DNA from: Escherichia coli
GTDB lineage: Bacteria > Pseudomonadota > Gammaproteobacteria > Enterobacterales > Enterobacteriaceae
DNA length: 64,000 nucleotides
Assembly: GCF_003018255.1 (NCBI RefSeq)
Contig: NZ_CP027440.1
Direction: 5' to 3' (one strand)
In this document: positions 28,422 through 44,200 of the stretch, piece by piece
Layout: every line of letters starts with the position of its first letter
How positions within the stretch are numbered: position 1 is the stretch's first letter
Notes under the pieces: model-generated
What the model was told of the DNA's origin: nothing
Databases searched by the model: none
The model's input: only the letters and a program-made list of their open reading frames with translations
Program-made: the position numbers and the translations under genes

Positions 28422-28459
28422 TATCCCACAATATAAACTCCATCTCATATTGTGGGATA
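28422..28459. promoter_or_regulatory. Perfect 13-bp inverted repeat, candidate operator
   Basis: tatcccacaatat (28422-28434) and atattgtgggata (28447-28459) separated by 12 bp, located upstream of the IclR-family regulator gene and of rmuC. Confidence 0.5.
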
Positions 28460-28577
28460 AAATAATGAAAATTAACGATCGTTTTGCGTAGCGCCTCGCA
28501 GGAAATGCCTTTCCAACTGGACGTTTGTACAGCACAATTCTATTTTGTGCGGGTAAGTTGTTGCGTCAGGAGGCGTT

Positions 28578-30005
28578 GTGGATTTCTCAATCATGGTTTA
28601 CGCAGTTATTGCATTGGTGGGTGTGGCAATTGGCTGGCTGTTTGCCAGTTATCAACATGCGCAGCAAAAAGCCGAGCAATTAGCTGAACGTGAAGAGATG
28701 GTCGCGGAGTTAAGCGCGGCAAAACAACAAATTACTCAAAGCGAGCACTGGCGCGCTGAGTGCGAGTTACTCAATAACGAAGTGCGCAGCCTGCAAAGTA
28801 TTAACACCTCTCTGGAGGCCGATCTGCGTGAAGTAACCACGCGGATGGAAGCCGCACAGCAACATGCTGACGATAAAATTCGCCAGATGATCAACAGCGA
28901 GCAGCGCCTCAGTGAGCAGTTTGAAAACCTCGCCAACCGTATTTTTGAGCACAGCAATCGCCGGGTTGATGAGCAAAACCGTCAGAGTCTGAACAGCCTG
29001 TTGTCGCCGCTACGTGAACAACTGGACGGTTTCCGCCGTCAGGTTCAGGACAGCTTCGGTAAAGAAGCACAGGAACGTCATACCCTGACCCACGAAATTC
29101 GCAATCTCCAGCAGCTCAACGCGCAAATGGCTCAGGAGGCGATCAACCTGACGCGCGCGCTGAAAGGCGACAATAAAACCCAGGGCAACTGGGGCGAGGT
29201 GGTATTGACGCGGGTGCTGGAGGCTTCCGGTCTGCGTGAAGGGTATGAATATGAAACTCAGGTCAGCATCGAAAATGACGCCCGCTCGCGGATGCAGCCG
29301 GATGTCATCGTGCGGTTGCCGCAGGGAAAAGATGTGGTGATCGACGCCAAAATGACGCTGGTCGCCTATGAACGCTATTTCAACGCCGAAGATGACTACA
29401 CCCGCGAAAGCGCGCTACAGGAACATATCGCGTCGGTGCGTAACCATATCCGTTTGCTGGGACGCAAAGATTATCAACAGCTGCCGGGGCTGCGAACCCT
29501 GGATTACGTGCTGATGTTTATTCCCGTTGAACCCGCTTTTTTACTGGCGCTTGACCGCCAGCCGGAGCTGATCACCGAAGCGTTGAAAAACAATATCATG
29601 CTGGTTAGCCCGACTACGCTGCTGGTGGCGCTGCGCACTATCGCCAACCTGTGGCGTTATGAGCATCAAAGCCGCAACGCCCAGCAAATCGCCGATCGTG
29701 CCAGCAAGCTGTACGACAAGATGCGTTTGTTCGTCGATGACATGTCAGCGATTGGTCAAAGTCTCGACAAAGCGCAGGATAACTACCGCCAGGCAATGAA
29801 AAAACTCTCTTCAGGTCGCGGAAATGTGCTGGCGCAGGCAGAAGCGTTTCGCGGTTTAGGGGTAGAAATTAAACGCGAGATTAATCCTGATTTGGCTGAA
29901 CAGGCGGTGAGCCAGGATGAAGAGTATCGACTGCGGTCGGTTCCGGAGCAGCCGAATGATGAAGCTTATCAACGCGATGATGAATATAATCAGCAGTCGC
30001 GCTAG
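28578..30005 (+). CDS. rmuC: DNA recombination protein RmuC
   Basis: 475 aa, N-terminal TM helix then long coiled-coil and RmuC nuclease-like C-terminal domain; GTG start; K-12 synteny before ubiE. Confidence 0.92.
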   Translation: MDFSIMVYAVIALVGVAIGWLFASYQHAQQKAEQLAEREEMVAELSAAKQQITQSEHWRAECELLNNEVRSLQSINTSLEADLREVTTRMEAAQQHADDKIRQMINSEQRLSEQFENLANRIFEHSNRRVDEQNRQSLNSLLSPLREQLDGFRRQVQDSFGKEAQERHTLTHEIRNLQQLNAQMAQEAINLTRALKGDNKTQGNWGEVVLTRVLEASGLREGYEYETQVSIENDARSRMQPDVIVRLPQGKDVVIDAKMTLVAYERYFNAEDDYTRESALQEHIASVRNHIRLLGRKDYQQLPGLRTLDYVLMFIPVEPAFLLALDRQPELITEALKNNIMLVSPTTLLVALRTIANLWRYEHQSRNAQQIADRASKLYDKMRLFVDDMSAIGQSLDKAQDNYRQAMKKLSSGRGNVLAQAEAFRGLGVEIKREINPDLAEQAVSQDEEYRLRSVPEQPNDEAYQRDDEYNQQSR

Positions 30006-30099
30006 CCCATTGGGGGTAGTTAAGCCGGGTAGAAATCTAGGGCATCGACGCCCAATCTGTTACACTTCTGGAACAATTTTTTGATGAGCAGGCATTGAG

Positions 30100-30855
30100 A
30101 TGGTGGATAAGTCACAAGAAACGACGCACTTTGGTTTTCAGACCGTCGCGAAGGAACAAAAAGCGGATATGGTCGCTCACGTTTTCCATTCCGTGGCATC
30201 AAAATACGATGTCATGAATGATTTGATGTCATTCGGTATTCATCGTTTGTGGAAGCGATTCACGATTGATTGCAGCGGCGTACGCCGTGGGCAGACCGTG
30301 CTGGATCTGGCTGGTGGCACCGGCGACCTGACAGCGAAATTCTCTCGCCTGGTCGGAGAAACTGGCAAAGTGGTCCTTGCTGATATCAATGAATCCATGC
30401 TCAAAATGGGCCGCGAGAAGCTGCGTAATATCGGTGTGATTGGCAACGTTGAGTATGTTCAGGCGAACGCTGAGGCGCTGCCGTTCCCGGATAACACCTT
30501 TGATTGCATCACCATTTCGTTTGGTCTGCGTAACGTCACCGACAAAGATAAAGCACTGCGTTCAATGTATCGCGTGCTGAAACCCGGCGGCCGCCTGCTG
30601 GTGCTTGAGTTCTCGAAGCCAATTATCGAGCCGCTGAGCAAAGCCTATGATGCATACTCCTTCCATGTGCTGCCGCGTATTGGCTCACTGGTCGCGAACG
30701 ACGCCGACAGCTACCGTTATCTGGCAGAATCCATCCGTATGCATCCCGATCAGGATACCCTGAAAACCATGATGCAGGATGCCGGATTCGAAAGTGTCGA
30801 CTACTACAATCTGACGGCAGGGGTTGTGGCGCTGCATCGTGGTTATAAGTTCTGA
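30100..30855 (+). CDS. ubiE: Ubiquinone/menaquinone biosynthesis C-methyltransferase UbiE
   Basis: 251 aa class I SAM methyltransferase ([10 protein letters not shown] motif). Confidence 0.96.
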
Positions 30856-30868
30856 CAGGAGACCGGAA

Positions 30869-33111
<2,243 letters not shown>

Positions 33112-33189
33112 TTTTTTCATCGCTCAAGGCGGGCCGTGTAACGTATAATGCGGCCTTGTTTAATCATCATCTACCACAGAGGAACATGT

Positions 33190-33459
33190 ATGGGTGGTAT
33201 CAGTATTTGGCAGTTATTGATTATTGCCGTCATCGTTGTACTGCTTTTTGGCACCAAAAAGCTCGGCTCCATCGGTTCCGATCTTGGTGCGTCGATCAAA
33301 GGCTTTAAAAAAGCAATGAGCGATGATGAACCAAAGCAGGATAAAACCAGTCAGGATGCTGATTTTACTGCGAAAACTATCGCCGATAAGCAGGCGGATA
33401 CGAATCAGGAACAGGCTAAAACAGAAGACGCGAAGCGCCACGATAAAGAGCAGGTGTAA
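33190..33459 (+). CDS. tatA: Sec-independent translocase TatA
   Basis: Start at [29 protein letters not shown] (89 aa); ORF track start at 33148 is an upstream extension. Confidence 0.95.
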   Translation: MGGISIWQLLIIAVIVVLLFGTKKLGSIGSDLGASIKGFKKAMSDDEPKQDKTSQDADFTAKTIADKQADTNQEQAKTEDAKRHDKEQV

Positions 33460-33462
33460 TCC

Positions 33463-33978
33463 GTGTTTGATATCGGTTTTAGCGAACTGCTATTGGTATT
33501 CATCATCGGCCTCGTCGTTCTGGGGCCGCAACGACTGCCTGTGGCGGTAAAAACGGTCGCGGGCTGGATTCGCGCGTTGCGTTCACTGGCGACAACGGTG
33601 CAGAACGAACTGACCCAGGAGTTAAAACTCCAGGAGTTTCAGGACAGTCTGAAAAAGGTTGAAAAGGCGAGCCTCACTAACCTGACGCCCGAACTGAAAG
33701 CGTCGATGGATGAACTACGCCAGGCCGCGGAGTCGATGAAGCGTTCCTACGTTGCAAACGATCCTGAAAAGGCGAGCGATGAAGCGCACACCATCCACAA
33801 CCCGGTGGTGAAAGACAATGAAGCTGCGCATGAAGGCGTAACGCCTGCTGCTGCACAAACGCAAGCCAGTTCGCCGGAACAGAAGCCAGAAACCACGCCA
33901 GAGCCGGTGGTAAAACCTGCTGCGGACGCTGAACCGAAAACCGCTGCACCTTCCCCTTCGTCGAGTGATAAACCGTAA
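33463..33978 (+). CDS. tatB: Sec-independent translocase TatB
   Basis: 171 aa, [27 protein letters not shown]-terminus, GTG start. Confidence 0.95.
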
Positions 33979-33980
33979 AC

Positions 33981-34757
33981 ATGTCTGTAGAAGATACTCA
34001 ACCGCTTATCACGCATCTGATTGAGCTGCGTAAGCGTCTGCTGAACTGCATTATCGCGGTGATCGTGATATTCCTGTGTCTGGTCTATTTCGCCAATGAC
34101 ATCTATCACCTGGTATCCGCGCCATTGATCAAGCAGTTGCCGCAAGGTTCAACGATGATCGCCACCGACGTGGCCTCGCCGTTCTTTACGCCGATCAAGC
34201 TGACCTTTATGGTGTCGCTGATTCTGTCAGCGCCGGTGATTCTCTATCAGGTGTGGGCGTTTATCGCCCCAGCGCTGTATAAGCATGAACGTCGCCTGGT
34301 GGTGCCGCTGCTGGTTTCCAGCTCTCTGTTGTTTTATATCGGCATGGCGTTCGCCTACTTTGTGGTCTTTCCGCTGGCATTTGGCTTCCTTGCCAATACC
34401 GCGCCGGAAGGGGTACAGGTATCCACCGACATCGCCAGCTATTTAAGCTTCGTTATGGCGCTGTTTATGGCGTTTGGTGTCTCCTTTGAAGTGCCGGTGG
34501 CAATAGTGCTGCTGTGCTGGATGGGAATTACCTCGCCAGAAGACTTACGCAAAAAACGTCCGTATGTGCTGGTTGGCGCATTTGTTGTCGGGATGCTGCT
34601 GACGCCGCCGGATGTCTTCTCGCAAACGCTGCTGGCGATCCCGATGTATTGCCTGTTTGAAATCGGTGTCTTCTTCTCACGCTTTTACGTTGGTAAAGGG
34701 CGAAATCGGGAAGAGGAAAACGACGCTGAAGCAGAAAGCGAAAAAACTGAAGAATAA
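33981..34757 (+). CDS. tatC: Sec-independent translocase TatC
   Basis: 258 aa six-TM protein immediately after tatB. Confidence 0.96.
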
Positions 34758-34798
34758 ATTCAACCGCCCGTCAGGGCGGTTGTCATATGGAGTACAGG

Positions 34799-36111
<1,313 letters not shown>

Positions 36112-36232
36112 TTACGCTAAGTTAATTATATTCCCCGGTTTGCGTTATACCGTCAGAGTTCACGCTAATTTAACAAATTTACAGCATCGCAAAGATGAAC
36201 GCCGTATAATGGGCGCAGATTAAGAGGCTACA

Positions 36233-37726
36233 ATGGACGCCATGAAATATAACGATTTACGCGACTTCTTGACGCTGCTTGAACAGCAGGGTGAGCTAAA
36301 ACGTATCACGCTCCCGGTGGATCCGCACCTGGAAATCACTGAAATTGCTGACCGCACTTTGCGTGCCGGTGGGCCTGCGCTGTTGTTCGAAAACCCTAAA
36401 GGCTACTCAATGCCGGTGCTGTGCAACCTGTTCGGTACGCCAAAGCGCGTGGCGATGGGCATGGGGCAGGAAGATGTTTCGGCGCTGCGTGAAGTTGGTA
36501 AATTATTGGCGTTTCTGAAAGAGCCGGAGCCGCCAAAAGGTTTCCGCGACCTGTTTGATAAACTGCCGCAGTTTAAGCAAGTATTGAACATGCCGACAAA
36601 GCGGCTGCGTGGTGCGCCTTGCCAACAAAAAATCGTCTCTGGCGATGACGTCGATCTCAATCGTATTCCCATTATGACCTGCTGGCCGGAAGATGCCGCG
36701 CCGCTGATTACCTGGGGGCTCACCGTAACGCGCGGCCCGCATAAAGAGCGGCAGAATCTGGGCATTTATCGCCAGCAGCTAATTGGTAAAAACAAACTGA
36801 TTATGCGCTGGCTGTCGCATCGCGGCGGCGCGTTGGATTATCAGGAGTGGTGTGCGGCGCATCCGGGCGAACGTTTCCCGGTTTCTGTGGCGCTGGGTGC
36901 CGATCCCGCCACGATTCTCGGTGCAGTCACCCCCGTTCCGGATACGCTTTCAGAGTATGCGTTTGCCGGATTGCTGCGCGGCACCAAGACCGAAGTGGTG
37001 AAGTGTATCTCCAATGACCTTGAAGTGCCCGCCAGTGCGGAGATTGTGCTGGAAGGGTATATCGAACAAGGCGAAACTGCGCCGGAAGGGCCGTATGGCG
37101 ACCACACCGGTTACTATAACGAAGTCGATAGTTTTCCGGTATTTACCGTGACGCATATTACCCAGCGTGAAGATGCGATTTATCATTCCACCTATACCGG
37201 GCGTCCGCCAGATGAACCTGCGGTACTGGGTGTAGCACTGAACGAAGTGTTCGTGCCGATTCTGCAAAAACAGTTCCCGGAAATTGTCGATTTTTATCTG
37301 CCGCCGGAAGGCTGTTCTTATCGTCTGGCGGTAGTGACGATCAAAAAACAGTATGCCGGACACGCGAAGCGCGTCATGATGGGCGTCTGGTCGTTCTTAC
37401 GCCAGTTTATGTACACTAAATTTGTGATCGTTTGCGATGATGACGTCAACGCCCGCGACTGGAACGATGTGATTTGGGCGATTACCACCCGTATGGACCC
37501 GGCGCGGGATACCGTTCTGGTAGAAAATACGCCTATTGATTATCTGGATTTTGCCTCCCCTGTCTCCGGGCTGGGTTCAAAAATGGGGCTGGATGCCACG
37601 AATAAATGGCCGGGGGAAACCCAGCGTGAATGGGGACGTCCCATCAAAAAAGATCCAGATGTTGTCGCGCATATTGACGCCATTTGGGATGAACTGGCTA
37701 TTTTTAACAACGGTAAAAGCGCCTGA
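36233..37726 (+). CDS. ubiD: 3-octaprenyl-4-hydroxybenzoate decarboxylase UbiD
   Basis: 497 aa UbiD family sequence; K-12 synteny. Confidence 0.96.
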   Translation: MDAMKYNDLRDFLTLLEQQGELKRITLPVDPHLEITEIADRTLRAGGPALLFENPKGYSMPVLCNLFGTPKRVAMGMGQEDVSALREVGKLLAFLKEPEPPKGFRDLFDKLPQFKQVLNMPTKRLRGAPCQQKIVSGDDVDLNRIPIMTCWPEDAAPLITWGLTVTRGPHKERQNLGIYRQQLIGKNKLIMRWLSHRGGALDYQEWCAAHPGERFPVSVALGADPATILGAVTPVPDTLSEYAFAGLLRGTKTEVVKCISNDLEVPASAEIVLEGYIEQGETAPEGPYGDHTGYYNEVDSFPVFTVTHITQREDAIYHSTYTGRPPDEPAVLGVALNEVFVPILQKQFPEIVDFYLPPEGCSYRLAVVTIKKQYAGHAKRVMMGVWSFLRQFMYTKFVIVCDDDVNARDWNDVIWAITTRMDPARDTVLVENTPIDYLDFASPVSGLGSKMGLDATNKWPGETQREWGRPIKKDPDVVAHIDAIWDELAIFNNGKSA

Positions 37727-37771
37727 TGCGCGTTTGTTTTGCCCTATTTATCGATCCGACAGAGAAAGCGC

Positions 37772-38473
37772 ATGACAACCTTAAGCTGTAAAGTGACCTC
37801 GGTAGAAGCTATCACGGATACCGTATATCGTGTCCGCATCGTGCCAGACGCGGCCTTTTCTTTTCGTGCTGGTCAGTATTTGATGGTAGTGATGGATGAG
37901 CGCGACAAACGTCCGTTCTCAATGGCTTCGACGCCAGATGAAAAAGGGTTTATCGAGCTGCATATTGGCGCTTCTGAAATCAACCTTTACGCGAAAGCAG
38001 TCATGGACCGCATCCTCAAAGATCATCAAATCGTGGTCGATATTCCCCACGGAGAAGCGTGGCTGCGCGATGATGAAGAGCGTCCGATGATTTTGATTGC
38101 GGGCGGCACCGGGTTCTCTTATGCCCGCTCGATTTTGCTGACAGCGTTGGCGCGTAACCCAAACCGTGATATCACCATTTACTGGGGCGGGCGTGAAGAG
38201 CAGCATCTGTATGATCTCTGCGAGCTTGAGGCGCTTTCGTTGAAGCATCCTGGTCTACAAGTGGTGCCGGTGGTTGAACAACCGGAAGCGGGCTGGCGTG
38301 GGCGTACTGGCACCGTGTTAACGGCGGTATTGCAGGATCATGGTACGCTGGCAGAGCATGATATCTATATTGCCGGACGTTTTGAGATGGCGAAAATTGC
38401 CCGTGACCTGTTTTGCAGCGAGCGTAATGCGCGGGAAGATCGCCTGTTTGGCGATGCGTTTGCATTTATCTGA
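37772..38473 (+). CDS. fre: NAD(P)H-flavin reductase Fre
   Basis: Start chosen at [21 protein letters not shown] (233 aa); ferredoxin-NADP reductase fold motifs (RPFSMAS, GGTGFS). Confidence 0.94.
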
Positions 38474-38479
38474 GATATA

Positions 38480-38503
38480 AAAAACCCGCCCCTGACAGGC
38501 GGG
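38480..38503. terminator. Rho-independent terminator (fadBA operon end, possibly bidirectional with fre)
   Basis: aaaaa-cccgcc-cctgaca-ggcggg hairpin; T-run on minus strand. Confidence 0.6.
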
Positions 38504-38544
38504 AAGAACGGCAACTAAAACTTTATACAGTGGCATTTAGATCT

Positions 38545-38660
38545 ATGTCGCATCCGGCATTCGGCACACGCTGCCTGATGCGACGCTGGCGCGTCTTATC
38601 AGGCCTACAATTGGTGCAGGATCGGTAGACCGGATAAGGCGTTCACGCCGCATCTGGCAA
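38545..38660. repeat. Cluster of REP elements (BIME-like) between fre and fadA
   Basis: Multiple copies of REP-type palindromes e.g. gcctgatgcgacgctggcgcgtcttatcaggcctac and ccggataaggcgttcacgccgcatctgg. Confidence 0.8.
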
Positions 38661-38664
38661 GTGG

Positions 38665-39837
<1,173 letters not shown>

Positions 39838-42027
39838 TTAAGCCGTTTTCAGGTCGCCAACCGGACGGGCTGGCTCAACCGGGGGATAGTACGGTTCGTT
39901 ATGACGCGCTTTATTACGCAGACCTTCCGGCACTTCATACAGCGGGCCGAGGTGCTGATATTGTTGTGCCATATCGAGGTATTTTGCGCTACCGAGGGTG
40001 TCCAGCCAGCGGAACGCACCACCGTGGAACGGAGGGAAGCCCAGGCCGTAGACCAGCGCCATATCCGCTTCTGCTGGAGTGGCGATAATGCCTTCTTCCA
40101 GACAGCGCACCACTTCGTTGACCATCGGGATCATCATGCGGGCGATAATCTCTTCTTCGCGGAAATCGCGCTTCGGCTGGCTCACTTCTGCCAGCAGGTC
40201 GTCAACAGCGGCGTCTTCTTCTTTCTTCGGCTTACCTTTGCTGTCTTCTTTATAACGCCAGAAACCGAGGCCGTTCTTCTGACCAAAGCGGTTGGCATCA
40301 AACAGCGCGTCGATGGCATCGCGATAATCTTTCTGCATCCGCTGCGGGAAGCCTGCTGCCATGACAGCCTGGGCATGATGCGCGGTGTCAATGCCCACAA
40401 CGTCCAGCAGATATGCCGGACCCATAGGCCAGCCAAACTGTTTTTCCATCACTTTGTCGATCTTGCGGAAATCCGCGCCGTCGCGCAGCAGCTGGCTGAA
40501 ACCGGCGAAATACGGGAACAGCACGCGGTTAACAAAGAAGCCGGGGCAGTCGTTAACCACAATCGGCGTCTTGCCCATCTTGCTCGCCCAGGCGACAACT
40601 TTCGCGATGGTTTCGTCGGAGCTTTTCTCGCCGCGAATAATTTCCACCAACGGCATTCGGTGGACCGGGTTAAAGAAGTGCATCCCGCAGAAGTTTTCCG
40701 GACGCTCCAGCGCGTTGGCCAGTTCGCTGATAGGAATGGTTGAAGTGTTAGACGCCAGCACGGTATCCGGGCGTACTTTTTGTTCGGTTTCTGCCAGTAC
40801 GGCTTTTTTCACTTTCGGGTTTTCAACAACCGCTTCTACCACAATATCCACGCGGTCAAACCCGGCGTAGTCGAGCGTTGGGTGGATTGTAGAGATCACG
40901 CCAGCCAGTTTCAGACCATCGATCTTGCCGCGCTCAAGCTGCTTGTTCAGCAGTTTCGCTGCTTCGGTCATGCCGAGGGTTAACGACTTGTCGTTAATAT
41001 CTTTCATGACAACCGGCACGCCTTTCCACGCAGACTGGTAAGCGATGCCGCCGCCCATAATGCCTGCGCCCAGCACAGCGGCCTGTTTCGGCGTTTCAAC
41101 GTCTTTGGTGAGTTTCTTCGCTTTGCCTTTTACATATTGATCGTTAAGGAATATGCCGACCAGTGCGCGAGCTTCGTTGGTATGCGCCAGCGGGACAAAA
41201 CTTTTGTTTTCCAGGTTTAGGGCTTCTTCACGACCAAAACGGGCCGCAGCTTCAATGGTTTTTACTGCGGTGATGGGGGCCGGATAATGTTTCCCCGCCG
41301 TTTGTGCGACCATCCCTTTAGCGATGGTGAAGCTCATGGTGGCTTCAATCTTGCTCAGTTTTAGCGGTTCCAGCTTCGGCTGACGTTTCGCTTTCCAGTC
41401 GAGGTCGCCGTTAATGGCCTGGCGTAAAATCGCCATCGCCCCTTCAATCAGTTTTTCTGCTTTGACTACGCCATCCACCAGACCGATTTTCAGCGCTTGA
41501 TCCGCGCCGACATCTTTACCGGCGGCAATGATTTCCAGCGCACTGTCAGCGCCCAGCATACGTGGCATACGTACAGAACCGCCAAAGCCCGGCATGATGC
41601 CCAGTTTGGTTTCCGGCAGACCGATGCGCAGATCCGGCGTCGCCAGACGATAATCGGTCGCCAGCACGCATTCGCAGCCACCGCCCAGCGCATAGCCGTT
41701 GACGGCAGCAATGGTCGGCACCGGCAGATCTTCCAGGCGATTAAACACGCTATTGGCAAAATGTAGCCACTGGCTTAACTGTTCTTCAGGAACGAGGAAC
41801 AGGGACAAAAATTCGGTGATATCAGCACCGACGATAAAGGCTGCTTTGTTCGAACGCAGCAGCAGCCCTTTTAGATCTGATTGCTGTTCCAGCACGCCGA
41901 TGGCCTCGCCGAGGCTGGCGACGGTGGCAGTGTCGAGTTTATTAACTGAACCTGGGGCATCAAATACCAGTTCGGCAATGCCATCTTCCAGCCAGTCAAG
42001 GTACAGGGTGTCGCCTTTGTAAAGCAT
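39838..42027 (-). CDS. fadB: Fatty acid oxidation complex alpha subunit FadB (enoyl-CoA hydratase / 3-hydroxyacyl-CoA dehydrogenase)
   Basis: Start chosen at [23 protein letters not shown] (729 aa); crotonase and 3HCDH domains; ORF track start at 42153 is an upstream extension that would run through the FadR operator. Confidence 0.95.
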   Translation of the reverse strand: MLYKGDTLYLDWLEDGIAELVFDAPGSVNKLDTATVASLGEAIGVLEQQSDLKGLLLRSNKAAFIVGADITEFLSLFLVPEEQLSQWLHFANSVFNRLEDLPVPTIAAVNGYALGGGCECVLATDYRLATPDLRIGLPETKLGIMPGFGGSVRMPRMLGADSALEIIAAGKDVGADQALKIGLVDGVVKAEKLIEGAMAILRQAINGDLDWKAKRQPKLEPLKLSKIEATMSFTIAKGMVAQTAGKHYPAPITAVKTIEAAARFGREEALNLENKSFVPLAHTNEARALVGIFLNDQYVKGKAKKLTKDVETPKQAAVLGAGIMGGGIAYQSAWKGVPVVMKDINDKSLTLGMTEAAKLLNKQLERGKIDGLKLAGVISTIHPTLDYAGFDRVDIVVEAVVENPKVKKAVLAETEQKVRPDTVLASNTSTIPISELANALERPENFCGMHFFNPVHRMPLVEIIRGEKSSDETIAKVVAWASKMGKTPIVVNDCPGFFVNRVLFPYFAGFSQLLRDGADFRKIDKVMEKQFGWPMGPAYLLDVVGIDTAHHAQAVMAAGFPQRMQKDYRDAIDALFDANRFGQKNGLGFWRYKEDSKGKPKKEEDAAVDDLLAEVSQPKRDFREEEIIARMMIPMVNEVVRCLEEGIIATPAEADMALVYGLGFPPFHGGAFRWLDTLGSAKYLDMAQQYQHLGPLYEVPEGLRNKARHNEPYYPPVEPARPVGDLKTA

Positions 42028-42052
42028 GTCAGTCTCCTGAATCCGCAAGGTG

Positions 42053-42069
42053 ATCTGGTCGTACCAGAT
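42053..42069 (-). promoter_or_regulatory. FadR operator of the fadBA promoter
   Basis: Minus-strand reading atctggtacgaccagat, identical to the fadB FadR operator sequence as I recall it; lies 26-42 bp upstream of the fadB start. Confidence 0.8.
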
Positions 42070-42216
42070 GCATCGAAGTGTGTATTTTGTGTTAAAAATA
42101 TGCAAATAAAAGATTAAAGAAATGCCGATCTGATCACGCTCGGCAGAAATCACGCTCTGGATGAACGATGTGCTAAGATGCGGAGACTTAAGGTCAAAAA
42201 AACAGAAGGGTAAAAA

Positions 42217-43548
42217 ATGGAATCACTGGCCTCGCTCTATAAAAATCATATAGCTACCTTACAGGAACGGACTCGCGATGCGCTGGCGCGCTTCAAGCTG
42301 GATGCGTTACTTATTCACTCCGGCGAACTGTTCAACGTTTTTCTCGACGATCATCCCTATCCGTTTAAAGTGAATCCGCAATTCAAAGCGTGGGTGCCGG
42401 TAACTCAGGTGCCAAACTGCTGGCTGCTGGTGGATGGCGTGAACAAGCCGAAACTGTGGTTTTATCTGCCGGTTGATTACTGGCACAACGTCGAACCGCT
42501 GCCGACCTCCTTCTGGACTGAAGATGTAGAAGTGATCGCGCTGCCGAAAGCCGATGGCATTGGTAGCCTGCTGCCTGCTGCGCGCGGGAATATCGGTTAT
42601 ATCGGTCCGGTGCCGGAGCGTGCGCTGCAACTGGGTATTGAGGCCAGCAATATCAACCCGAAAGGGGTGATCGACTACCTGCATTACTACCGCTCCTTCA
42701 AAACCGAGTACGAACTGGCCTGTATGCGTGAAGCGCAGAAAATGGCGGTCAACGGTCATCGCGCGGCAGAAGAAGCGTTCCGTTCTGGCATGAGCGAGTT
42801 CGATATCAATATTGCCTATCTGACCGCGACCGGTCATCGTGATACCGACGTACCTTACAGCAACATTGTGGCGCTTAACGAACACGCTGCGGTGTTGCAT
42901 TACACCAAACTGGACCACCAGGCACCGGAAGAGATGCGCAGCTTCCTGCTGGATGCCGGGGCCGAATATAACGGCTATGCGGCTGACCTGACCCGTACCT
43001 GGTCGGCAAAAAGCGACAACGACTACGCACAGCTGGTGAAAGACGTAAATGATGAGCAACTGGCGCTGATCGCCACCATGAAAGCAGGCGTCAGCTATGT
43101 GGATTACCATATCCAGTTCCATCAGCGCATCGCCAAACTGCTGCGTAAACATCAAATCATCACCGATATGAGTGAAGAAGCGATGGTCGAAAACGATCTC
43201 ACCGGACCGTTTATGCCGCACGGTATCGGCCATCCGCTGGGCCTGCAGGTGCATGACGTAGCCGGTTTCATGCAGGATGATAGCGGTACGCACCTCGCGG
43301 CACCGGCAAAATATCCGTACCTGCGCTGCACCCGTATTCTCCAGCCGGGCATGGTGTTAACCATCGAGCCGGGTATCTACTTCATCGAATCGCTACTGGC
43401 ACCGTGGCGTGAAGGGCAGTTCAGTAAACACTTTAACTGGCAGAAAATTGAAGTACTGAAACCGTTCGGCGGCATTCGTATCGAAGACAACGTGGTGATC
43501 CACGAAAACAACGTGGAGAACATGACCCGGGATCTGAAACTGGCGTGA
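42217..43548 (+). CDS. pepQ: Xaa-Pro dipeptidase PepQ
   Basis: 443 aa M24B metallopeptidase ([13 protein letters not shown] metal-binding region). Confidence 0.96.
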   Translation: MESLASLYKNHIATLQERTRDALARFKLDALLIHSGELFNVFLDDHPYPFKVNPQFKAWVPVTQVPNCWLLVDGVNKPKLWFYLPVDYWHNVEPLPTSFWTEDVEVIALPKADGIGSLLPAARGNIGYIGPVPERALQLGIEASNINPKGVIDYLHYYRSFKTEYELACMREAQKMAVNGHRAAEEAFRSGMSEFDINIAYLTATGHRDTDVPYSNIVALNEHAAVLHYTKLDHQAPEEMRSFLLDAGAEYNGYAADLTRTWSAKSDNDYAQLVKDVNDEQLALIATMKAGVSYVDYHIQFHQRIAKLLRKHQIITDMSEEAMVENDLTGPFMPHGIGHPLGLQVHDVAGFMQDDSGTHLAAPAKYPYLRCTRILQPGMVLTIEPGIYFIESLLAPWREGQFSKHFNWQKIEVLKPFGGIRIEDNVVIHENNVENMTRDLKLA

Positions 43549-44162
43549 TGGAAAGCTGGTTAATTCCTGCGGCACCGGTCACGGTCGTTGAAGAGATTAA
43601 AAAGAGCCGCTTCATTACGCTGTTGGCGCATACCGATGGCGTTGAGGCGGCGAAAGCGTTTGTTGAATCGGTGCGAGCAGAACACCCCGATGCCCGCCAC
43701 CATTGCGTGGCGTGGGTGGCGGGTGCGCCTGACGATTCACAACAGCTGGGTTTCTCTGACGACGGGGAGCCGACGGGAACGGCAGGTAAACCGATGCTCG
43801 CCCAACTAATGGGCAGCGGCGTCGGGGAAATTACCGCTGTGGTGGTGCGCTACTACGGCGGCATATTGCTTGGCACCGGTGGGTTAGTGAAAGCGTATGG
43901 CGGCGGCGTGAATCAGGCGCTGCGCCAGCTAACGACCCAACGCAAGACACCATTAACCGAATATACTTTGCAATGTGAATATAGTCAGTTAACCGGCATT
44001 GAAGCGTTGCTGGGGCAGTGTGACGGCAAAATTATCAACAGTGATTATCAGGCATTCGTTCTGCTGCGGGTGGCGCTTCCGGCGGCGAAAGTGGCTGAAT
44101 TTTCCGCAAAGCTGGCGGATTTTAGCCGTGGTTCATTGCAATTGTTAGCGATTGAAGAATAA
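43548..44162 (+). CDS. yigZ: IMPACT-family protein YigZ
   Basis: 204 aa; start chosen at [10 protein letters not shown]; conserved IMPACT-family residues; overlaps pepQ stop. Confidence 0.9.
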   Translation: MESWLIPAAPVTVVEEIKKSRFITLLAHTDGVEAAKAFVESVRAEHPDARHHCVAWVAGAPDDSQQLGFSDDGEPTGTAGKPMLAQLMGSGVGEITAVVVRYYGGILLGTGGLVKAYGGGVNQALRQLTTQRKTPLTEYTLQCEYSQLTGIEALLGQCDGKIINSDYQAFVLLRVALPAAKVAEFSAKLADFSRGSLQLLAIEE

Positions 44163-44200
44163 TCCCCACTTCGTTTTGCAGAACTAAGGAAGCGGCAGAG

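Noticed and set aside
42307-43293. 328 aa minus-strand ORF inside pepQ
   Set aside because: Antisense shadow ORF within a clearly identified M24 peptidase gene.
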